This document shows, in pieces, positions 14,103 to 26,623 of a stretch of DNA of 64,000 bases. A model generated the notes under the pieces. The model did no database searches. It was not told where the DNA came from and worked only from the letters and a program-made list of their open reading frames with translations. Numbering within the stretch: position 1 is the stretch's first letter; each line of letters starts with the position of its first letter. A program made the position numbers and the translations under genes. This DNA comes from Antedon mediterranea. Lineage: Eukaryota; Animalia; Echinodermata. The DNA is taken from positions 17,865,045 to 17,929,044 of the forward strand of contig NC_092680.1 of the NCBI RefSeq assembly GCF_964355755.1, read 5' to 3'.

Positions 14103-14696
14103 AGGCCAGGTGCGGGCAAAAAATTTCTATTGATCATACATTCCAATAATTATCGATCTATAGTTTCCCCTATATTTCATAATTTTTGGGATTTTATTTG
14201 TTACACGAGCTTGTTGAAAATAAGCACTTTCTTATCAGTGGGGGGGATAGTTCAACTTACACAGTAAAATCTCTATTCTTTTGTCCACAAATTTCGTAAA
14301 TAGAGAGGCATTTTAAAAAGCTATGAAAAATAAACAGTGTGGTAAAAAATGTTATCAGATGACTAAATATAGGTAATATAACTTGAATATTACATTTCTG
14401 GTATTTTTATTCAACTTCAGATTTTTATTTTCATGCTATAGCAAAAATTATCCACCGTATATCCACCATCTTGTTTCACCTTCTAGGGAGTCACCAGGCA
14501 TGTTATTACATTAGGTTAACTACCTAACTACTGAAAAAAAGTCTTTCTGGTTTTTATGGAAAGAATTTTGCCAAATTTTGTATTTGACCATATTAAGGGA
14601 AATTTATGTTTTTTCGTCTTGATTTCTGTTACAAATATTTGATTTATGTACAATTAACCAAATATTATATTTAAAATTCATGCCTGTATCTGAGCT
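14103..14696. mobile_element. TTAA-flanked MITE (Kolobok-like)
   Basis: TTAA|AG...CT|TTAA with an imperfect 16-bp TIR. Confidence 0.55.
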
Positions 14697-16340
14697 TTAA
14701 GTTTAAATAATGTGATGATTAGAAAGAGATGATATATTTTCCTGTAATTTGAGTTAATGTGACAAACAAAAAGTTTTGTTTAATTAAAAGAGATAATAAT
14801 CACCCTTAAGTGATCAAGGTAATTTAAGAATTTAGTAAAATATTCATTTTGCGTTAATAAAAACATAATATTTAGTGGTTAAATTGTAGGTGTTAAAGAG
14901 TTTGAAGTCTATAGTATTGCACAGTATATACAGACTTCTAGGAGGTTGACTATGAGATTTAGTGAAAATTAGTGTATGTGTACACTAGGATACTACAATG
15001 GAATTGACCAAGGACTTGTGGCAGAAATTAGCCTTAAATTAGGGGACACTAGAGCATGGGATTATATACAGTAATTACTTTTTGTACTACTGTACCTAAT
15101 ATTTGATTCTGAATAAAGTTTATTTTAGATGAACATATTATTCCTGTTATGCAATATTTAATACTTTAAGGAATAGAGGAATATTATATCATCTTCATGT
15201 TTCACTTGATTTCTTAATCGTGCATCTTATGATGCATCACCTTCACAGTAGTCATATAATTATTACTAACAAACCTTGAATTAATAAAACTTAGATCAAA
15301 CGTCATTAGCATTGAATGGATCAACACTGGTAAATTGATCGTTACGATAAAACCTTGTTTGATAATGCAACAAAAAGCAATTAAAGGTAGAGTCAAAGAA
15401 AATTATAGAAATATTATATTATGTAAACCTAATATTATTACATAATATAATCTATGAATAGAACAATTTCATACCAGTGGTTATCAACACAAAAAATGAA
15501 TTTTTTAAATTTTGATACAAAAAAAAACCAAAAAAGGTAGAGATACTGTACTGTACAAGGACAATTTATGGTCATTTTATAATTTGTAAAATCATATCAT
15601 ATATTATATTTTATTTGAATAGAACACTTTCTTATCAGTGGCATTCAACCAGGTGGGTGATATATCCATGAATAAATGATTTTGTTTAAAGTGTAATAAT
15701 TGGTATGTAATAATGAATAAATTGTTTAAACAAAAATAAAACATGAAAAATTGGACATATTAGATTTTCTAAATTAACCCACATACTAAATATTATAGAG
15801 TATAATTTTTTTTTAATAATTTATTTAAAGATGTGTAGAAAATGGGTTTAAATTACATAAAATAGAATATGAAGATTTATATTAGTAATTGTAGCCTACT
15901 GTGTACTACAAAAATAAAATAAATATTGATGAATTTCACAGGAATATAACAATTTATTTTGAAACCTAATATACTGTAACTACCAACTGTAAAAAACTGT
16001 AATAATATATAATTTACACCGTCTAAATACAACTGGGAAACAAATATTTGCAAATACATTTTTTTTATCAGAAACAGAAAGGAAATATTCTGAGATCAAT
16101 ACTACATTTAAATATTTAAATAATAATACTAATTGTATTCTACAGTGTAATTTACAATAATTTTTTTTTTAGTTAAAGAAACTTTTATGGTACAGCAACA
16201 ACTTGATGTACGCTTGCGCCGCAACGAAGATAAAATTGATAATCTCTATATACTATTAGTATATTTATGATAGAAACAGAGAAATGCTAAATATTATAGT
16301 ATAATATTCAATTTTAAATAATGTTATTAGGCATTATTAA

Positions 16341-16887
16341 AGATGTATTGTCCCTTTGACTAATTCCAAAAAAATAAAAAATAAAAGATTTTGAAAAAAG
16401 GTGGGTCATTTTGAAGTATCATAATAGTTATTAACTATCACCAAAAATTTTTCGGGAAAAAAAAAAATTAACTGAAATACATACGTTTTTTTGTTACAAA
16501 AATAACTTTGACTTCCAGTCAAAGTTTTCAATCAAAACATATCCCATAATGAAACGCGCTTGTTTGGCTACTCTGTATGCATAATCATAAAACTTCCTCA
16601 TGATCTGTGTGAAAATACCTTCTTAACCGTGACGAGTTGTAAACAATCCTAATTTAGCATATGCATAATGCGTACTCATGGTTTGAAATCTTTGTTTACT
16701 TTCGCTCGTGACGATTTTCCAGATGAAATGTAATCAAACTAATTTACCTGTTAATTACGTAAACTTGTTGTTTTTGGCTCGAATTTTCGACTTAAAGTGA
16801 AAAACTTTAATATTACTTTGATATGGCCACTTTAAATTTAGAATATTTTGACCTTCATTTTTTTGTGTTTCAAGGGACAATACATCT
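16341..16887. mobile_element. TTAA-flanked MITE (Kolobok-like); related decayed copies near 49955-50233, 57100-57386 and 59412
   Basis: Perfect TIR AGATGTATTGTCCCT and TTAA TSD. Confidence 0.8.
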
Positions 16888-17021
16888 TTAAGCAATGCAT
16901 AATAACAATAAGACAATATAATCCATACAGTTATCACTTAAACCAAATATGTAAACCTAGTTACGATATTTAATAAATATGAATAATTCTAAAAAAGCTA
17001 ATAAAAAGATCAAACTAATAC

Positions 17022-17051
17022 CTGTGAAGGTAAAGAAAATCGTCTTGGCAT
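17022..17051 (-). CDS. Candidate alternative first exon of MCTP (MPRRFSLPSQ)
   Basis: acaATG, 10 codons, CAG|GTATTA donor, phase 0; preceded by less AT-rich, UTR-like sequence. Confidence 0.5.
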
Positions 17052-17370
17052 TGTAGTGAGCAATGATGTTGATGTCGCTGCTCTATCCTACCTGACTGCA
17101 CAACTAATTACTAATACTACCTACTTCTATTGACACAATGCCTCACACGGTATCGACTCTCAGATGTCGCTCACTCAACCAAGGATTAACGGGAAAAAAT
17201 ATATTCATTAAAAAAATAAATTTACAATGCTGGAAGGTTGTAGAGTAGATGATGGCGGATGTATTGAGCGTACAATATATTCAGTAATATTACCGCAGGT
17301 AAGGTGACAAAATGGCACGTGGGTCTCAATGTTATCTATAATTTGTTTGATGTTTAGTAATATAGAGTAA

Positions 17371-17540
17371 AACTCTGTCTACACTATCAAACTTAATGTG
17401 ACAACAAAATGATATATGGACATGATGATGTCATATCACTAGCATATTTCGGTATATTATACCATATTTGGGCATATCACTACCATATTTGAACACATCA
17501 AACTTTTTTGTCAAACTAGTTTGATAGTGTAGATAGAGCT
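17371..17540. mobile_element. Abundant Harbinger/Tourist-like MITE; further copies at ~28640, 32980, 36259, 40363, 47620, 49128, 51379, 55046, 61019
   Basis: TIR AGCTCTGTCTACACTATCAAAC, TAA/TTA flanks, internal 21-bp repeat CACTACCATATTTGGGCATAT. Confidence 0.85.
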
Positions 17541-18565
17541 TAATAATGAGTTTTAATCTTTCTTTAATTGAGAATAAGTGTTTAATATATACTTAAGTTT
17601 AGAGTTTACGATTTTTCTTTTTCTGTTTATAAGTTAATATGGATGATATTTCCAAAATAAAAAGAAATTTTAAAAAAAAAGTTAAAAAGTCAAATGGAGT
17701 TGATTGGGCAATGGAGTACAATTTAATATTTGTTTGTCAACATACAAAATACCCTGATAAAGAAAGGCTAATTGGTCAGCTGGACTGGTCAGCTGGACAC
17801 ATCAGGAATTACGATCATCTCGTTTGTCCAGGTAGAACAAATTTGCTCAATAATGATTTGGAAGCAACCTACTGGAGTTATAATTATAATTAATAATGTG
17901 TTTGATATTTTAAATTACAATTAGCAGACAGATGTAGTTATATTTTTCAATAAGAAGGCCTCTTCTTATCAGCTGCAGTATGCAGTCACCAGTATGGTTG
18001 GTAAAGGTTTCAACCACCACTTTCTCACAGGCCTTTAAAAACCCAGTGGCTTGAACAGTGGTTGTTGCCTTTTCTTGCAAAAACTGTACCACTTTATTTT
18101 TTGTGGCTACAACACTGAGTTAGAACCCTTGAAATTGATTTATTTATGTTGGTATTAGCTACAATTGCATGCCTTAATTAACCAAATAAACATATCATTT
18201 GAACTAATTTGTTGAAAATGTTAAGCTATGTACAAGTAATGCTTGATGCTGTAGTTAAAAATTCCATTTATTCTTATGAAAATATAATAGAGGGCCTTAG
18301 ATAGAATTATTTAGAATTTGGACAAATTAATTTATAAATTTTGAAATAGAGGGAGCTCTGATCATTTAATGTACGTCCCAAAATCAAATAGAGGGCAGCA
18401 TACAATAATTTTAGAAATTCAAAAGTGGATTGATGAATAGAATAAAGTTTAGAGAATCAATAACATTCTAATGTATGTTATTGATTAGAAAATACAAAAC
18501 TAAAATAATATTTGTTAAATTCTTAATTTCATCTTTTCATAACACGTCTGAAGGGTGGTCGATTA

Positions 18566-18812
18566 TGTGATGTTATGTCTTTGTTTGTACACAACAATAT
18601 AATATATAAATGAACGAAGACGTTAGTTTGGTTTGGTAGATGTTTATTGTAGTTCAGCAATATAGCAAGTGGTTATGAAACATTAGTTATCATTACTAAT
18701 ACCTCTGGTATGTGGTTGTCATGGCTATGAGGATAGCTAACCTAGATACCAGTAAGGTGTGTGGACCTGTTGAACCTGTAAGTTCAGTCACTTGTAATGT
18801 AATATCATTACA
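18566..18812 (-). repeat. 3' LTR (247 bp, intact)
   Basis: Matches the three pieces of the other LTR: 23174-23211, 26575-26654, 28111-28245. Confidence 0.95.
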
Positions 18813-19009
18813 TCTTCCCTCTTTTGAAAGTTAAAATATTTTTCTTAGTATTCTTTTAAATCCGTTATTTATGTATCCATAGTTCATGCATAAGATTTCA
18901 AGAGTATTATACTTAGATTTTTTTTTAAAATATTTTTATCTTGTTATTTAAATTTATTTATGTACATGCTAGCATTATTCATAAGTCGTTGCATAATTAT
19001 CTATATACA

Positions 19010-22000
19010 TTATATTTTGTCTGTAACATAGTCGTCTAAGTATGCTGGTCGTCGGGCTTGACGTCGTGGTCGGTTTTGATCGGTAGTTTTACCATTTCTG
19101 TCATTTGTAACCGGTACGTCGTCATCCGAGTTATAGTCGTCATTGTCATATCTGTCAATGGATGGTATTGGCATGATGTGCCTTCTGTTCCGTCTATAGA
19201 TATCATTTCCACATTTCACAAGATAAGATTTATGAGGTAGTGATTTGTGAATTGTTCCAACTTTGTTCCACAACTTAGATGTTGTATCATATACTCTAAC
19301 TTTCTGTCCGTATTGTATGGTTTCTAGAGTTTTTGAATGTTTGTTATAGTTCCGCGCTTGTTTTTGCTTTAGCTCATCCTTCTTTTCCTTTAATTCAATA
19401 AGTTTTGGTTTTAGCGCTGACTCATTAACTGGGAGGTTTGATCTGATTTTCCTTGAGAACATCATTTCTGCTGGACTAAGTCCATGCTCGAGTGGTGTAG
19501 CACGATATATCTGTAGTGCTAAGTATATATCTTCCTTTGTCTCTGTACATTTCTTGATAATTCCTTTGACTATCTTTACTGCATTTTCAGCTTGTCCATT
19601 TGACTGAGCAAAATATGGACTGGAAGTTGTATGTTCAATGTTCCATTCGTTGGTGAATTTCCGAAATTCTTCACTGACGAATTGTGGACCATTATCAGAA
19701 AAGAGTACAAATGGTGTACCATGTATCGCAAACCATGATTTCAGTATGTTGATTACAGCTGCTGAAGATGAACTTGTTAGTTGACGAACTTCAATGTATT
19801 GAGAATAATAGTCAACACATGTGATATAATTGTTATTGTTTACCGTGAAAAGATCAACCCCAATTTTCTGCCATGGTTGGGTGTTATCAGCTGCATATAT
19901 CATTGGTTCCTTTGGTTGCATTGGTTGGTGTTTCTGGCATGTCGGACAAGATTTTACTTTGTCATCTATGTCCTTGTTGATGTTTGGCCAGAATATTACT
20001 TGTCTAGCCCGTCTCCTGCATTTTTCGATACCCAAGTGTCCAGTATGGATTTGCTTAAGCATGTCCTTTGTCATTTTAGCAGGTATTACGATTCGATCAC
20101 CTTTGAATACGAGATCGCCTTTTATTGATAGCTCATCACGATAATTCCAGTAATCTCGTGTTGCTGGGTGGCATTTGTTTCGCTTGTTAGGCCATCCTTG
20201 TTGAATTGTGCAATTCAGTTCTCTTATTGCTTCATCGTTGCCTGACTCAACTTCAATTTCCTTGAGTTTTTTGTCAGTAGTAGGTAGCGCTGCAATTATT
20301 GATTGTACATACATATCAATGTCATCATTAAATTGTTGCTCTGACGACAGTTGGTCTGTCGCGTCAACTGCTCGTGAAAGAGTATCCGCTGTTTGGAGTG
20401 ATTTTCCAGGTACAGAGATTATCTTTATGTCATACTTTTGCAGACGCAATCGCATTCTTTGTAGACGCAGAGGTCCATCCGCTAGCGGTTTCGAGAAAAT
20501 TGATACAAGTGGTTTGTGATCAGTCTTGCATATAACTGATTGTCCATAAAGAAATTGGTGGAATCTTTCACATGCAAACATTGTGGCTAGGCACTCTTTT
20601 TCAATTTGTGCGTACCTTGTTTCTGCTGAGGTCATTGCTCTTGAGGCATATGCTATTGGCGCCCATCTATCATTGTGCTGTTGGAGTAGAACAGCTCCGA
20701 TGCCATCCTTTGATGCATCCGCACTGACTTTGCATTGCTTGTTTGGATCATAGAATTGCAAAACTGGCGCAGTTGTCAACAGCTTGTTAACTTCTCTCCA
20801 AGCATTATCTTGGGATGTTTGCCATACCCAGACTACGTTATCTTTCGTCAACTCTCTTAGCGGAGCAGTTATGTTTGATAAGTCTGGTACGAACTTTGCT
20901 AGGTATGTGACCATGCCTAAGTATCGTTGCATCTCGAGCTTGGTTGAGGGTTGTGGCATATTTGTTATTGCCTTAATTTTCTCTGGATCTGGCTTTATGC
21001 CTTTATCTGTCAGTAAATAACCAAGGAATACAACTTGCTTGACACAGAACTCACATTTTCGTTTGTTTAGCTTTATGCCGTTCTTCTCTATGATGTCAAG
21101 TACTTGGCTTAATGTGTCTCTATGTTCTTCAATTGTTTTAGATGATATTATGATGTCATCTTGCATTGAGTTTACTCGTGGTATGTTTTCCAACAAGTTG
21201 CTAATTGCCACTTGGAACCCTTCGCTTGCGCAGTTAATTCCAAATGGTAAACGTTTGAAGATGTAACGTCCCACAGGTGTAATAAAGCATGTTAGTTGAG
21301 CACTTTCGTCATCGAGAGGTTGCTGCCAATATCCTGATGTGAAATCTAGTTTTGTAAAAAATTTAGCATCAGCGAATTCGGCCATAATTTCTTCCCTCGA
21401 CGGTAGCTTGAAGTGTTCACGCTTTATGGCTTTATTGAGATTTCTAGGGTCAAGGCATAGGCGAATGTCACCATTCCGTTTGTTCACGGTAACGATGTTG
21501 CTTACCCATTCAGTTGGTTCCTGAATTTTTTCTATCACACCAAGCTGTTCCATGCGGTCAAGTTCCATTTTAACTTTATCTCTTATCTTGAAGGGTATTT
21601 TCCGACAAGGACTTTGAACTGGTGGAATCGATTTATCAGTGTGTATGTGATACTTCCTTGGTAAGCACCCAAGACCTTTGAAGACATTATCGTGTTTGTT
21701 TACAATATCTTGTACATGATGAATGCCGTTAGTGGTGTTTCGTTCCACTGTATTCAGTGACGCTTCCTCAAAGTTTGGTATTATTAGTTGTAGCTGCAAA
21801 CATGTATCGGCACTTAATAGTGGTTTATAATTTGTCAATTTGTCATCAACTATGTATACTGCAAATGTTCCTTTACGATCCTTACTGTACGCTATGTCCA
21901 GGTTGCATTTGCCTAAAATTGGGATAGCAGCATCAGAGTAGCTTTTGACTGGCGTACTTACGGGAATGAGGAGTGGTTTGCTGTTCAGTTTGCTGTATTC

Positions 22001-22998
22001 CGTGTACGGCAATATGTTAACTTTTGCCCCACTGTCAAGTAGAAATACAACTTTGTTGTTGTTTATGTCAAGTTGACAGAAAAATCCATGGGAGGGTTTT
22101 GAAATGGCGTTACACTCTATTTCAATTGTGCTCAATAGAAAGGTTTCCTCCTCAGATTCAGATTCTGATGCTACAACCACATTCGCTCTTTTAAAGCTTT
22201 TGCTGCGATACTTTTGTTTATCATCTTTTGAGTGTTTCTTTGCGTAGCTTGTTTTCGTTGTGCAGCATTTTCCGAAGTGATTGCGCCCGTTGCATTTGTC
22301 ACATATTTTACCAAATGCTGGACATGATTTTGGTCCATGTTTTGTGGCGCACCTTCTACAGTCAAAGTGTTTAGTAGAGCTCCTTTTTGAGTTACTATGA
22401 TTATTCATGCTCAATGCATTTAGTTGACTTGCCGATGCTTGCAACGTGTCATCACTAACTTCTTGATTTTGTGCAATGCTGATTGCCTTGTCCAGGGTTA
22501 GATTGTCCCCTTCATCCATACACTTTTCCTTGACTCTGGGATGAATGGCTCTCAGTACAATAGCATCGCGCAACATCCTTTCCTCTAGATCGCCATAGTC
22601 GCACAATTTTACAAGAATTCTAATGTCCGTCAAAAAGTCATTAAAATTTTCACTTTTGTGCTGGCATCTTTTGTGGAAGTCTATTGTTGCCTTGATCACG
22701 TTTCGCTTGGGTTTTAGGTAATTTTCAAACTTATTTAAAACCCCACTTAGCATCTCGTTTTCTGCAGGTATTGCTGCTTGGTCACCATTTTCGGGCTGAG
22801 CTGCGGCCCATAAAATGTCCCATATATTTCTCGTCCACGGTCCCCAATATAAGTCATTAAATAGTTAACTTTTTGTATTTCCGTCTTTGCGTCTAAAGGA
22901 CCATCAAACGTGAATTGACAGTGTTGTTTGAACCGTTTAAATTCTCTCAACAAATCTGGTGATGCCCAGTCCATTGCTGGTTTATTCTTGTCGGCCAT
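19010..22998 (-). CDS. Gag-Pol polyprotein (Zn knuckles, aspartic protease, RT, RNase H, integrase) with one frameshift near 22812
   Basis: CCHC-type knuckles CRRCATKH..C / CDKCNGRNH...C; LDSGA; RLPFG and MQDD; DASKDGIGAVL; HTGH..CPTC; D-D-E (VDLF, SDNG, NGQAE). N-terminal gag ORF 22747-22998 joins after a 1-nt shift. Confidence 0.93.
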
Positions 22999-23211
22999 TG
23001 TTAATGTGTTATAAAATAAAGTTACTCACAGACCTTGATATTATCCACTGAAGCAAGAAGAGTCCAAAGATCCGAAGAAAACAGAGGTCTAACTTCAATA
23101 TGCCAATGAAAAAATTAATCCGATGATAACATAAAATATATCCACATTAAATTGGTTCGAATTTCTGACACCATGTGATGTTATGTCTTTGTTTGTACAC
23201 AACAATATAAT

Positions 23212-26200
23212 GGGTGTGTCGAAAGCGAAGACCTCGAAAGCGAAGATCGAAGACCGAAGACCTCGAAAGCGAAGACCCTACGAAATGGTAGTGTGCACAA
23301 AATCCGACCAAAATCATACAAAATCGTGATAACACCTTGAATTTACAGATTCTAAAAAAATATTTCGATTTTAATTGTTACGTTATCAAAAAACATGACT
23401 TTATCTATGAACAGGCTCACGCGTTTTCACCAATGGAGTTAATATGTGATATGGTTTTACGAACAAACACATCGCGCTATTTGCAAGGCGACGGACGCAC
23501 AAGAAGGACCTCGCACAGAGCATTGAATTGAATGCAAAATTAAATGTCACTTTTGTTCCGATAACTTTGTAGCACACGTCGCCTACAATTTAAACCCATA
23601 GCCAATTGTTTATAAGTATAGAAATAAACTACATAAAGTAAATTGTAAGAAGTAAAGGATGGCGGTAGGCTTTTTTTAGGCTTATTTTAGAGCCTATATA
23701 AAAAGTGTCCGTATTTTGATTTTATATGTTGCTATGTGTTTTTTATCTATAATATTAATTTGCCTATTGTTTATTATCTAAATGTATAAATAAATACAAT
23801 AAGATATTCATTTTCCTGTATTGTATTTAAACTTTTACATTTTCCCATTGTATACTATTGCTGTTTTACTTAATCGCCAGTTTCAAAATGTTTTCTAATG
23901 TATTCATAATAGACAAATAATATATCAGTATCAGAATATTTAGTGTGGTTGGTGAAACGACAGTAGGCCTACTATGTAAAGAAAAATTTAAAGAGGAAAA
24001 TAAATATTTCATTAACCAACGTATAAACCACTAACAAAAAAATCCTGCCACAACGTATCGTATTGATGCGCAACGTAAAGAAAATACTCATCTATCTATT
24101 TTGCATCCCCTCACGATCGAAAAGATCATTATGATGAAAGTAAAGCAGAAACGGTGTGTTGAACACGTCGATTCCCACTTGTGATGACACGCAAGGTTAT
24201 TTCCTTAAGCTTGGTTCCCACTAGAACGTAACGCAAGAACGTACACGCAACGCAAGAACGTACACGCAACGCAAGCGTTTTAACCAATGACAAGCGAAGT
24301 TATAGACAGTTGGCAATCAGAAGCGAATAAGCCATCGCTTGTGATTGGTCAATTCACTTGCGTTGCGTTACGTCCTTGTGTTGCGTCGCTAGACCACGCA
24401 TTACGGCGCACTTTGCGTGGATACGTTGCGTCGATCTGAAAACAAATTTCAGCTCTTAAAATATTTCCCGGGCCGATGACAGTTCGTCCCAATAGCTTAC
24501 CGTGAACTAACGGAACTTTATTTTATATCTTTTTATTGTCAAAATCAAAAATTATACTGTATTCAAATTAATAGGCCTACTATAGAACGAACGATAGGCA
24601 TCACATTCTGAAGATTTTGCTCGATCGTTAACCCGTTATAATAGTATATAATTCTCTTAGATTTGTTTGTGTAGTGTCAATTCTATATTTAAATGGTCAG
24701 TATACAACCGGTAACCTGTTTCTTCATTTTTTTTAAATTTATATTTTCTTTTGTTAATGGAGACTCATGGCAGGGATATGCAAACATTTAGAAGCGGGAC
24801 GTCGACAATCTGTTGAAAATCGGGAGACTGTTGAATAGTCGTCTCATCCCACAAGCCTGTGAGATAGAAGGTTGGGGGTTAGAGTGGTTAAGCCCGATAA
24901 AAATTCACCATCCTTAACAAAGACATGTATAGAGAGTAACTCTTTTTTTTGTATTCACCACGGGCAATGCTTCAGAAGTCAGTTTTTTTACTTTGATGAT
25001 AAGGACAATTGTGGTTGGCGGAACTGGAACTTCATTAAACTGTCTGGAACTGGAAATGTCTTTTGACAGTGTCGGTAAACGTAATACCGATATAAATAAA
25101 CACCCGTTTTAATATCGTCACTAATCACATTGCAACCGTAACAAAATCGACAATTTTGGAGCGAATATTTTTTATTTCAATCTTTGTTTTGAATGGCTTT
25201 TGTCTTTGTTAACGTTGACATAATGGCATAATTAAATGTTATTCTGAATTATGGAAGCCGTGAAACAGATGATATGTCGCAGGAAACGATCGATTATAAC
25301 CAAAATTTGCAGAACGCTGATTCCTATCGTTCGTTCTTTTTAGCTTTTTGTCAAATCATAATTTGAATATGTTCTGTCAAATTTGGCCTGGAAATATTTT
25401 AAGAGCTGGAATTAGTTTCCAGATCCACGCAAAGTGCGCATTAAGAACAAACTTGCGTGTCCTCACAAGTAGGAACCGACGTGTTCAACACCGTTTATGC
25501 CTTACGTTCATCGTAATGATTCTCTCGTGAGGGGATGCAAAATAGAGTATTTTCTTATGTTGCGCGTCAAAACGATACGTTGCGGCAGGATGTTTTTGTT
25601 AGCTTATTCGCTTGTGATTGCTAACTGTCTATAACTTCGCTTGTCATTGGTTAAAACGCTTGCGTTGCGTTTACGTCCTTGCGTTACGTTCTAGTGGGAA
25701 CCAAGCTTTAGTTAGTGGTTCATACGTTGGTTAATGAAATATTTATTTTACTTTTTACATTTTTCTTCTTTACATATTACTGTCGCTTCACCAATCACAC
25801 TAACCGATACTGATAATATTATTTGTCCATTATTATTAGAAAAACATTTTTAAACTGGCGAATAATTAAATCAGCAATACTGCAGTATAGGCTAAAATGG
25901 GGAAAATGTAAACGTTTAAAATACTATACAGAATAATTAAAGGAAAATAAATATCTTATTGTATTTATTCATACATTTTAGATAATATGCAAATATTATA
26001 GATAATAAACATAATATCAACATATTTAAATGCAAAAAAAAAGGATCTCTAAGTTGTATTCACGCGTAGGCCTATAACATTTCATTTTTTAAAACAAGTG
26101 TAAAATCTATGATACGGACACTTTAAGGCTCTAAAATTAGCCTAAATAGGGCTATCGCAATCCTTTACTTCTTATAATTTACATATTGTAGTTTATTTCT

Positions 26201-26574
26201 ATACTTTTCTATACAATTTGGCTATGGTTTTAAATTGTAGGCATTGCATTCAATTCAATGCTCTGTGTGATGTCCTTCTTGTGCGTCCGTCGCCTTGCAA
26301 ATAGCGCGATGTGTTTGTTCGTAAAACCATATCACATATTAACTCCATTGGAGAATACACGTGAGCTTGTTCATAGATAAAGTCATGTTTTTTGATAACA
26401 TAACGATTAAAATCGAAATATTTTTTTAGAATCTGTAAATTCAAGGTGTTATCATCAGTTGTGTGTGATTTTGGTCCGATTTTGTGTACACTACCATTTT
26501 GTAGGCCGGGTCTTCGCTTTCGAGGTCTTCGGTCTTCGATCTTCGCTTTCGAGGTCTTCGCTTTCGACACACCC
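23212..26574. mobile_element. Non-autonomous MULE/foldback-like DNA transposon inside the 5' LTR
   Basis: Termini GGGTGTGTCGAAAGCGAAGACC / GGTCTTCGCTTTCGACACACCC; inverted arms of ~1.3-1.4 kb; 10-bp TSD ACAATATAAT (23202-23211, 26575-26584); no transposase ORF. Confidence 0.9.
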
Positions 26575-26623
26575 ACAATATAATATATTATAAATGAACG
26601 AAGACGTTAGTTTGGTTTGGTAG

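Noticed and set aside
11111-15255. Tiny phase-0 ATG exons MRE (11111-11119) and MTTVK (15241-15255)
   Set aside because: Short enough to occur by chance; weak donors or AT-rich context.
21150-21170. RT catalytic motif MQDD rather than YxDD
   Set aside because: Non-Tyr residues at this position are common in Mag-clade Gypsy elements.
23337-26576. Mirror-image ORFs 23337-23531 and 26250-26576
   Set aside because: Consequence of the inverted arms; no recognisable domain.
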